This document shows, piece after piece, positions 6,525 through 14,843 of a DNA stretch of 14,843 nt. The notes beneath the pieces are model-generated. The model was not told where the DNA came from and did not search any database. It was given only the letters and a program-made list of their open reading frames with translations. Positions within the stretch are counted from its first letter, which is position 1. Each line of letters starts with the position of its first letter. The translations under genes and the position numbers were made by a program. This DNA is from Methanobacteriota archaeon (GTDB lineage: Archaea; Methanobacteriota; Methanobacteria; Methanobacteriales; Methanobacteriaceae), in contig CAWBCJ010000017.1 of assembly GCA_963787255.1 (NCBI GenBank), positions 1 through 14,843 of the forward strand, read 5' to 3'.

Positions 6525-6730
6525 TTTTTTATCCAATTCCAGGATAATTTTTGCCGGTATAACTAAGAGATTATAATCGCTCATATCTCTTGCAGGCAGG
6601 AGGGAGTTTACTCTTGTCCTCCTTCCATTATATTCTCATATATAGATGCATTTATGAGGGCCTTAACCAGTTCAAGGCTTAAAATCGCAACATAACAACA
6701 CGATTTTGTAGTTTCTATAATAATATTCTA

Positions 6731-6768
6731 AGGGATTTTTTTGGACAATCCCTATTTTTTTATTTTAT
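6731..6768 (+). terminator. Hairpin plus oligo-T tract
   Basis: AGGGATT-N9-AATCCCT followed by ATTTTTTTATTTT. Confidence 0.5.
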
Positions 6769-6787
6769 TGATTTTAATGGAGATGAA

Positions 6788-7102
6788 ATGATGGATAAGG
6801 ATTTAGCAAATAAATTAACAGCATTCCTTGCATTCCTGATAGGTATGTTTGCTTTTTTAAGTCAAATATTTCCACAGCTGCAAGAAGGAATAGACAAAAT
6901 AGGCAGCGTATTAATAGTAGTTGTACCTGCTGAATACCAAGCACCCGTTCAAATGTTTCTTATAGCAATTGCAGTAGTAGTAGCAATAATAGTCTATGCC
7001 TACAATTACACTACAAGTACAGCTCTTGCAGAAGAGAAATTTAATCAAGGATTGAAACTACCATCACCTGCTGAAGAACAGGTAATAGCAGACGAACCAT
7101 AA
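6788..7102 (+). CDS. Membrane protein, 2-3 TM (holin-like)
   Basis: Hydrophobic stretches LTAFLAFLIGMFAFL and MFLIAIAVVVAIIVYAY; acidic tail; RBS GGAG. Confidence 0.65.
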   Translation: MMDKDLANKLTAFLAFLIGMFAFLSQIFPQLQEGIDKIGSVLIVVVPAEYQAPVQMFLIAIAVVVAIIVYAYNYTTSTALAEEKFNQGLKLPSPAEEQVIADEP

Positions 7103-7117
7103 ACCTTATTTTTTAAA

Positions 7118-7402
7118 GTGGTGGGATGGATGGACACACTTGAAATAATTTTAACAGTAATTGGCGTTATAATAGGTCCCTCAATTGTTATAGGGATATT
7201 CCTTGTTAATACACTTCAAAGACTTGCAAAAGTAGAAGAATGTGTAGATCCTGAAGATGCTAAAAGTATCGCAAGATTAGAGACAAAAATGGATTTTGTA
7301 CTTAAGTGGATAGCAGCTTTAAATGGAGAAATAAGTGATAAAAAAGAATTTAAAGAGTTCCTTGAGCAATTAAAAGAAATAGCAAAAAGTAAAGGATTAT
7401 AA
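7118..7402 (+). CDS. Single-TM protein with coiled coil (holin/lysis-accessory-like); start may be 7127 or 7130
   Basis: IILTVIGVIIGPSIVIGIFLV followed by RLAKVEE...IARLETKMDF. Confidence 0.65.
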   Translation: MVGWMDTLEIILTVIGVIIGPSIVIGIFLVNTLQRLAKVEECVDPEDAKSIARLETKMDFVLKWIAALNGEISDKKEFKEFLEQLKEIAKSKGL

Positions 7403-7415
7403 TATTTTTCAATAT

Positions 7416-7700
7416 TCATTCACCTAAATATTTTACCTCTGCTGTTCCAAGCTCTATTGACTCCTTTGTTGATTCTTTTAACACAGCACTACATGATTTT
7501 ATTTGATGGAAAGGAATCACATCTACAGTTACATAATTCATTTTATTAGTCCATTGACGATGGATGAATACTGCAGAAGTAATTTGAATCTTAATTGTTT
7601 TCTGCGCATTTTTTTCTTCATCAATAAGTTCTGTAATAGATGTTTTGCCCCCATATGGCATGTTTAATTGTAAATCAACCTTTACAATGGTTTCTTCTAT
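7416..7700 (-). CDS. Hypothetical protein, opposite to the viral operon; possible ATA start at 7700, ATG at 7661
   Basis: The ORF extends in frame 13 codons upstream of ATG 7661 to an ATA preceded by AGGTGAT. Confidence 0.6.
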   Translation of the reverse strand: MEETIVKVDLQLNMPYGGKTSITELIDEEKNAQKTIKIQITSAVFIHRQWTNKMNYVTVDVIPFHQIKSCSAVLKESTKESIELGTAEVKYLGE

Positions 7701-7837
7701 GATATTATCACCTTCCTTTAGATTGATATTAATAACTAGTATTTTCTATTTTATTAAATTTTATTCATTTCGATCACTATTAAAATACTATTTTGATTAT
7801 TTGCAACTCAAAAATATGAAATTAGCGTGGAGAGCAC

Positions 7838-9133
7838 GTGATAAGTATGGACGAATACATTAAAATAAAAGATATAAAACCACATCCAGAAAATCCAAGA
7901 AACCACTCCGAAGAACAAGTGCAAAAGATAGCAAAAAGCATCAAGGAATTAGATTGGGGAAGACCCATAATTATCAGCCATGATAATTACATTCTCGCAG
8001 GTGAAGGAGCATACCTCGCAGCGAAGAATGTACTAAAATTAAGCGAAGTGCCATTTAGGCGTATGAAGCATCTGCATAACACTCCAGAGGCAGTTGCATA
8101 TATGCTAGCAGATAACAAACTGAATGAAGAATCAGATTGGAACTATGGAAAACTACAAACCATAAATACCGACCTGCGGCTTAAAGGATTCGATGTTAAA
8201 TTAACCGGATTTAGCGAATACCGAATTACAGGAAATTGAAGAAAAAAATAGGATCCAATTAAAAAAGAAGATATACGGGAAGATGAACATGACCCTGATG
8301 CAGAAGTTGAGATGCAATATGTAAAGAAGGCGATTTATGGCAGCTTAGGAGCACATCGGTTACTGTGTGGCGATTCAACCGATAATAATGATATTAACAA
8401 GCTTATAGATAATGATGATATTGATTTAGTTTTTACGGATCCTCCATATGGACAAATTGCCCAAGATTGGGATGTTAAATTAAATTGGAAAGCAATATCC
8501 CAATTATTTAATCAAATATTAACCCCCGAAGGACAGATCCATATCTTCTGCAAATTACCCTTCGGAAATGATATAATAAACAGTTTCACGGAAAAAGACT
8601 TTGATTTTTGGCAGGAATGCATCTGGGAAAAACCCCAATTTGCAAACTTCGTAGAGGGCAGGTTCCAGCAGAACCATGAAAACATCTACTTTTTCAAAAG
8701 AAAAAAAAGCAAAGTAATGGACATGGTTACTAATTTAGATTTAATTATGGACGAAGGAGAACCATATAAACTTAAAGGTGTGGGCGTATCACCCATAAAT
8801 GGCATGAAAAGAACCGACAAAGTAAATGAAACTGGGGAACGATACCCTAAAACAGTAATGCGATATGCAGCAATGCAATCAAGCTCAGAACGAGTCGGTC
8901 ACCCTACACAAAAACCGTTAAAATTATGCAGTAAATTCATTTTATACGGGGCAAACATGGGCGGTAAAGTATTCGACCCATTCGGTGGCAGCGGCAGCAC
9001 ATTAATCGCATGCGAACAAACAAACCGTAAATGTTACATGATGGAATTGGATCTGAAATATTGCGACATAATAATTAAACGGTGGGAAGACTTTACAGGG
9101 GATAAAGCAACTCTCATAAAACCCACCAATTAA
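7838..9133 (+). CDS. ParB-N fused beta-class amino-DNA methyltransferase (likely m6A), frameshifted around 8215-8310
   Basis: 5' part: IKPHPENPRNH..PIII...ILAGEG...MLADNKLNEESDW. 3' part: LGAHRLLCGDS, VFTDPPY (motif IV), HPTQKP, DPFGGSGSTLIA (motif I), MELD..YCDIIIKRW. Confidence 0.9.
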
Positions 9134-9167
9134 TAAAAAAGTATAACCAATATGGAGGGCCAAAACC

Positions 9168-9708
9168 ATGGAAGAAACACAAAAACACAAAGAAGCATTC
9201 GAACACTTCTACCTAAAACTCCACGAACAACTTTCAGTAAAAGACAGTATAATTTCAGTTGCTGAAACTTTCAAAGTAACTGAAAGAACTGTTTGGAGCT
9301 GGAAAAAGAAGCTTAAATGGGAAGATAAAATCGCTGTAAGAGATGCAGAAATACAGGAAGGCTTAGAAGATAAGACAAACACCACAATTATTGATAATAA
9401 AGCCAAGTATCTGGGCATGCTGCATTCTAGTTTAAATAAATATGTTGAAGAGATTAATAGCAAGGAAAGAGAGCCTCTTCCTATTGAAAGCACCACGGAT
9501 TTGGTGCGCTTAATTCGTGAAAGTTTACTGATCCAAAACCAACCTACTGAAATCCAAAAACAGGACGGATCTATGAAGCATGAGATCAGTGGAAATGTTA
9601 AAACTGAAAATGTTTTCACGTCGTGTGGATAAGCTTGTAAGTTTTATTGATGCAGGTAATGAATCAGAAGAATCAGATAAGAGCAAGATCCAACATGATG
9701 ATCAATAA
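9168..9708 (+). CDS. terS: Terminase small subunit (putative); probable frameshift near 9620
   Basis: N-terminal HTH VAETFKVTERTVWSWKKKLKWE; lies directly before TerL. An alternate frame continues RVDKLVSFIDAGNESEESDK to TAA 9706-9708, overlapping the TerL start. Confidence 0.7.
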
Positions 9709-11098
9709 CTACAATGGGAGTAGTCTTACTAAACGTGATTTACTTCTTTTTGATGAAAGTATCTGTAAAAATGATTACATCCTATATAAACCGTATCAAC
9801 GACAAGCATGGCCTATCTTTGAGGCAAATAAGCCTTTAAGAAACAATGAAGCCGAACCAGCTTCTCGTTGGTGCGGGTGGTTACGGGGGTAAAACTTACT
9901 TGGCTCTATGCTTGCAGCACAATACTTAGATATCCATGATTACAGCTGCTTAGTCACAAGGCTTAATTATGCTGAATTAACAGGTGAAGACAGTATATGG
10001 GAGAACCTTAAAGCATGGGCCTGTGATGAAGAACGATTAGGGGATTTGGCATGCATCGCTAATGAAAGTAAACTCCGAATTACCTCTCCTTATGGGGCTA
10101 AGGTATGGTTTAAAGCTTTTGATCATGTTAAAAAGAAAGGTAAAGTTAAAAGTGAAAGCTATGACCGTATCGTTAATGATGAGGCCAGCGAATTAGATCC
10201 TAATGTATTAACCTTTTTATTTAGATCCCTAAGAAATGATTTAGATGCAAGAATTAATATTGCAATGATAAATCTCTCCAACCCTGGAGGCCCAAGTACA
10301 GAATATTTAAGAGAAACTTATGTGGATGGCGTTAAACCTTATTTTCCCCTTGATTGGAGGCATAATCCGTTTATTAACAAGATAGTGTATAGTAAAACGC
10401 TTGATAATCTTACTTTTATGGATCGGAAATACCAGAAAGATGGTGATTGGCATTACACCCCACAATCTGGGGATATATTTGATGCCGAAATGATTAGTAA
10501 AGCCACAATCAGTATGAAAAGGTACAATGAGATATTAGAAGAAAATGAGTTACTAATGATGGTCCGCGGATGGGATATTGCTGCTACTGATAAAAAGCAA
10601 AATGATTTCACCGCATCAACCCTGTTAATGGTGTTTAAAAATGATTTAGAAGTTGTGGTTAAGCAGGAATCATTTAAGAAATTACCGGGTCACCTGGAAA
10701 AGCGGATGAAAGTAACCATGGCCGTAGATGATGTTGAGGTTGAACAGTGGATTGAGCATCAGCCCGCCGCCGCGGGGGATATTGTTGATTATCACTGGCT
10801 TAATGAATTTGATGATTATAATGTGACCATGGTGCCTGTGTTTAAGAATAAGGTTATACGTGCAGGTCGGTTAGTGCCAAGAATTAACGAAGGAAAGTTA
10901 CTTTTTTTAGATGATCCTAAAAATCCTTATCTGGATATTTTCACTAAGCAGGCGATTAACTTCCCCAATTTTGATAAAATTAAAGAAGATGATGAGGAAA
11001 CAAAGCACGATGACCGTATTGACAGCTTATCATTAATAATTAATAAGCTTCATCCGATTAAGGATAAGAAGGATCAGGTTAAATTTAATCCAAATTAA
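9695..11098 (+). CDS. terL: Terminase large subunit; frameshifts near 9850 and 9900
   Basis: PYQRQ adenine-binding motif; Walker A LLVGAGGYGGKT in an intermediate frame; Walker B IVNDEASE; SNPGG coupling motif; RNase H-like GWDIAA..NDFTA; HDDRIDSLS. Confidence 0.92.
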
Positions 11099-11108
11099 GG
11101 AGTAAAGC

Positions 11109-12433
11109 ATGATGTCAACAATAAAAATAGTTTACCTATCATGAGTCATGATCCTAATGATAGGATTATGCAGGCCATGAGAAGATATGATCCACATTTC
11201 ATTAATTATTCAATACGCCAAATAACAGATTTCCCTGTTGCATCTGATAATGAATTACTCCTGCACTATCTACGTGGAGCTGCAGGTCCATTTATTGATG
11301 TTAAAAGTGTATGCAGAACTTGGTGTGGGCTGGAAGTTAAACCTGTAGGATTTGAAGATGAAGAATCAGGCCTGGAAGCAAAGAAATTAACCGAGAAATT
11401 CTTTAAAAAGATTGATTTTTACACTACAATGATACAACACGCAGTATTTTACCGTGTGCTTGGAAGATCTAGCATAGTTAAAACCTATGATAAAAGTGGT
11501 GGATTCTATTACAGCCCCAAAGAGAAAGTAATGGGAATAGACTCCATTAACCCCATGACACTTACCGATAAGAGTATCAGGGAAGTTATGGCAGATACTA
11601 CAGGCACCAAGGCATACGAGCAATATGCAACTACCGTGGACCGTAAATCAGATACATGTTACACTTAGAGGCGGATAGGGTTATTTATTCTACTAATAAT
11701 CCTATGACAAGGTATAGTCCGTATGGTAATTCTGATTTAATGAACAGTATAACTGATTTAAGGGCTATTGCAAGATTCCCACATTACCGTGATCGACTTG
11801 GGCATAAGTATGCTAATCTTTTCCGTGTTATTGAAATTGACACCGAAAAGATTGCTGAAAGTGAATATGGCCAGAAGATTAAAGATGATGCACTGGAAGC
11901 GCAGAAGTATCTTGATGACACCGCCCAATTTTACCGTAAACAGGAACAGGACTGGAGGAACCGTGGCGGTTTATGACTGGCAAAAAGTAGTTGAGGCCAG
12001 CTTCGGAGGAAAAGAAGTTAAACTAGGCGAAATTGAAAGGACCAGCCTTGAAAGTCTTAGCTTTAAACAGACGAGTACCCATGCCACTGCTCATGTTTTC
12101 ACAATATGTTAACCGTGATACACTTGCGTACTCTTGCAGAAACTTTTATCAGCATGCTAGAGAAAGGGACCCAGGAATTTTGTTCATACTCCAATTATTG
12201 AAGGCACTGCTAATGAGTACTTGGAGATGAATGAAATAAACGAGGGCCGATTAGAAGTTGAATATAACCCATTTCTTGCTAAGAATTTACTTGAAGCAGC
12301 CCAGATTATCAGTTCGGTCTGGCCTACAGGTGCATTTAGCCGGCCGGATATCCGTGAATGGCTGGACAAACCATTATTACCTAATCTTGGTGGTGATGAC
12401 TGGAAAAAATTAGGCTTAAAACCCTATGCCTAA
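11109..12433 (+). CDS. Portal protein (putative), split by several frameshifts
   Basis: Directly after TerL with RBS AAGGAG. Fragments 11141-11668, 11656-11976, ~11950-12230 and 12221-12433 tile about 430 codons. Portal-like patterns: YRVLGRS, INPMT, SPYGNSDL, SRPDIREWLD. Confidence 0.75.
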
Positions 12434-12517
12434 ATTTTTCATTTTTTTAAGTTCTTCTACATCCTCCAAGAAGTGCAGTTTACCATTTACAATCATACTA
12501 AATAGTTAAAAAAATAT

Positions 12518-12865
12518 TTAGAATAAGCTTTTAAATATTCCCTTAAAACCAGAATTATCCTCTTTACGTGTCTCAACCTTTTCAATTTTATCCATAAACT
12601 TCTTCTGCACTTCCAGAAGGGTTTCAAGATTTCTTACTTGCTCCTTAAATCCATTCCTTTCATTTTTGAGTGATTTAATCATTTCACCAAGTTTTTCAAA
12701 GTCAGTTTTGCTCATAATTTTAACTTGTTCATCCTTTCCAAAGGGATTATTTTCATCTAGCATTATAATGTATTTGTCATGTTCTATTCTGCGTTCTCGC
12801 ATCTTTTTATCTATTAATATGCTCACGTTTTTGCATTTTCTTACTCTTGCATCTATAACTTCCAA
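12518..12865 (-). CDS. Hypothetical coiled-coil protein
   Basis: 115-aa ORF with RBS AGGTGAT before TTG; heptad-rich C-terminal half. Confidence 0.7.
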   Translation of the reverse strand: MEVIDARVRKCKNVSILIDKKMRERRIEHDKYIIMLDENNPFGKDEQVKIMSKTDFEKLGEMIKSLKNERNGFKEQVRNLETLLEVQKKFMDKIEKVETRKEDNSGFKGIFKSLF

Positions 12866-12992
12866 TTATATCACCTGTAATCTACTAGGTGCTGTTGTAT
12901 TTAATGGGTTTAGTGCAAGAGCGTCTGAAAAGTAAAAATAAATTATGGAAATTGAGTTTAGTCAATTAATATTATTTTTATAGTTAATCATT

Positions 12993-13388
12993 TTATTCTC
13001 TATAATGTTCAATATGGTCAAATAAGCTGAATATAATTACAATAAACATCCCTATTATGGACCAGTGGTAATCATGGAGTTCTTTAGCATCAGATTTTTC
13101 CAACTCTCTCCCTATATCCTTAAGAGCATTTATATAATGGTCCAATCTCATTTCCATTCCACCTACTTCAGATTCATAAGGCAAAAGTTCCAGATTCCTG
13201 GCCTTAATCATTAAAAAATCAGATACATCCTGCAGCGATTTCCCAATTTCCTTTAAATCCCCTTTTTTGATAATATTGGGATCTACCATGCCTTTTATAA
13301 ATGAAGTACTTGAAGACGCTTCAAAATGGCCTATCATATCTAAAAATGATTTCTCAATTTTACTTAGATCTGGTTTATCTGAATTCAT
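12993..13388 (-). CDS. Hypothetical protein with a hydrophobic C-terminal helix
   Basis: 131-aa ORF with ATG start; WSIIGMFIVIIFSLF. Confidence 0.7.
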   Translation of the reverse strand: MNSDKPDLSKIEKSFLDMIGHFEASSSTSFIKGMVDPNIIKKGDLKEIGKSLQDVSDFLMIKARNLELLPYESEVGGMEMRLDHYINALKDIGRELEKSDAKELHDYHWSIIGMFIVIIFSLFDHIEHYRE

Positions 13389-13615
13389 GAATAATGTTAT
13401 TGTAAAAAATACTATTTCAATATTAGTAATTATTCCTGAGTTACTGGATTTAAAAGATTGACAAAAATGTTTAATTAAATGATATATGAATTTTTTGCGA
13501 TTATATAACCTTAATTAACATCTATTTTTTTAAAATAACATTTTTAAGTATTTAAAATTAGAAATTTATCATTGGTATACATTTAATTCTTTCATCTTTC
13601 AACCATTTCATTACT

Positions 13616-13945
13616 TTATTTATCTTTATGTTCCTCTTCCATTTCAAGTTCTTTATTTATTCTATCTAATTCTTCTTGAATTTCTTTAATATGTGTTTTT
13701 CCCCTTTCAATATTTTTTTTAAGCTCATTATATCGATCTTTATCTTTTTCAGGATCAATATTATCTATTTGACTTTTCCAGTATTCCATCTGTTTTTTTA
13801 CCGCATCTAAATATTCCATTTCAACTCTTTTCCTGTCTTTAACTGTTTTAATTATATTAATGCGAGTTTTATTGAATTGATCTTCGTTTTTTTTCTGCTT
13901 GTTGCGTTCTTCCCTTATTTTTTTATCATAATCTTCTGAAGACAT
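13616..13945 (-). CDS. Hypothetical highly charged coiled-coil protein
   Basis: 109-aa K/E-rich ORF with an AT-rich, TATA-like upstream region. Confidence 0.7.
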   Translation of the reverse strand: MSSEDYDKKIREERNKQKKNEDQFNKTRINIIKTVKDRKRVEMEYLDAVKKQMEYWKSQIDNIDPEKDKDRYNELKKNIERGKTHIKEIQEELDRINKELEMEEEHKDK

Positions 13946-14237
13946 GAATATATTTATATTTTAATAATTATAATAAAATTATTAATATTATTTGTAATTA
14001 AATTTGTATATCTAAAGACATTACCCCTGTAAATTCTAAACACCCATTTTCAACTAATTCTATTAAATAGCATTTATATTCGTTTAAAATAGCTTAAAAT
14101 TTATTTATAACCTTATTTTTTACTTAGAAACTATTATTAATCAGTGAAGTATAACATAATAAACAATTAAATTTTAAAAAACATTCAATTTGCTAAAAAT
14201 GTTTAATAAGACTGATTATGCTTAAAAAGGGGAATTC

Positions 14238-14843
14238 ATGTGGAAAATCAGAGGTAAAGCTCTAAATAAATCAAAAGTCAATCCCAAAGAAAAAGGAAAA
14301 TTTCATATAGTAGGTATTGGTTCATCTGCAGGCGGACTGGAAGCTTTAAAGGATTTATTCAGTAATATGCCCTCTGACACGGGTATGGGATTTGTTTTAA
14401 TTCAACATCTGGATCCCACACATAAAAGCAGTATGGCAGAATTAATTGCAAGATATACTGATATGGAAGTTCTTGAAATTCAAGATAATATGCCAGTTAA
14501 ACCAAATAAAGTGTATGTCATTCCCCCAAATAAGGACATAGGAATTATAGATGGTGTATTAAGCCTTATTAAGCCTTTAGAACCTCATGGTTTTAGAAGA
14601 CCAATTGATTTATTCTTTCAATCTTTAGCAGATGATCAAGAAGAGAATTCAATTGGAATAATTCTTTCAGGATTCGGATCAGATGGAACAAAAGGGTTAG
14701 CAGCCATTAAAAGCAGTGGGGGAATGGTTATGGTTCAAGATCCAACTTCTGCATCCTCAGATGGCATGCCCCGTAGTGCCATAGCCACTGATCTTGTAGA
14801 TTATATAGCCTCACCAGAAAAAATACCTGAATATTTAATCTCA
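14238..14843 (+). CDS. cheB: CheB methylesterase-domain protein (probable N-terminus of a CheB/CheR-PAS fusion); runs off the right edge
   Basis: IVGIGSSAGGLEAL, FVLIQHLDPTHKS, VYVIPPNK, RPIDLFFQSLA, ILSGFGSDGTKGL, GMPRSAI (S/H/D triad); no REC domain; open to the end of the window. Confidence 0.9.
   Translation, partial: MWKIRGKALNKSKVNPKEKGKFHIVGIGSSAGGLEALKDLFSNMPSDTGMGFVLIQHLDPTHKSSMAELIARYTDMEVLEIQDNMPVKPNKVYVIPPNKDIGIIDGVLSLIKPLEPHGFRRPIDLFFQSLADDQEENSIGIILSGFGSDGTKGLAAIKSSGGMVMVQDPTSASSDGMPRSAIATDLVDYIASPEKIPEYLIS

Larger units (their letters stand above)
913..12450 (+). mobile_element. Partial archaeal tailed-virus (Caudoviricetes) provirus, Methanobacteriales-like
   Basis: Integrase, many small early genes, HNH, MTase, then TerS-TerL-portal, nearly all on the + strand. 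Archaeal features include a histone fold, a TFB Zn-ribbon, GGTGA/GGAGG RBSs and TATA-like boxes in low GC. Boundaries are approximate and no att site was seen. Confidence 0.85.

Noticed and set aside
7838-9133. Restriction-modification system
   Set aside because: No adjacent restriction enzyme. ParB-N MTases next to terminases are common orphan viral MTases.
9840-9910. Intron, intein or programmed frameshift in TerL
   Set aside because: There is no inserted sequence; two single-base indels explain the break.
1253-13461. Antisense or overlapping ORFs (1253+, 1767-, 2103-, 2404-, 4780-, 5900-, 7216-, 7645+, 9002-, 9209-, 11387-, 12184-, 12666+, 13267+)
   Set aside because: They overlap better-supported genes and show typical shadow-frame composition.

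Overview
The window has three parts. (1) 1-~910 is a GC-rich (roughly 65% by eye), bacterial-looking segment carrying a minus-strand WG-repeat lipoprotein gene. It joins the rest abruptly, inside an integrase gene, which probably marks a chimeric read or assembly join. (2) ~910-12450 is an AT-rich provirus fragment of archaeal (Methanobacteriales-like) character. In order it carries a truncated tyrosine integrase, a ParB-HTH-AT-hook-histone-fold fusion, small early genes (Sm/Lsm-like, SWIM, Zn-ribbon, RHH-like), an HNH nuclease, a stand-alone TFB Zn-ribbon, two holin-like membrane proteins, a ParB-N DNA methyltransferase, TerS, TerL and portal. Several genes are broken by indels. (3) 12518-14843 holds hypothetical genes and the start of a CheB-domain host gene. 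The most striking signal is a GGAGCGACC(A/G)A motif repeated at five start regions of + strand viral genes. A sixth copy lies in one of two tandem, paralogous, TATA-preceded double-hairpin units on the - strand (5110-5340), whose loop UUUGGUCGCUCC is antisense to those sites. This suggests a C4-like antisense-sRNA regulon in an archaeal provirus, possibly with its own Sm-like chaperone. All protein calls come from motif recognition by eye; no searches were run.
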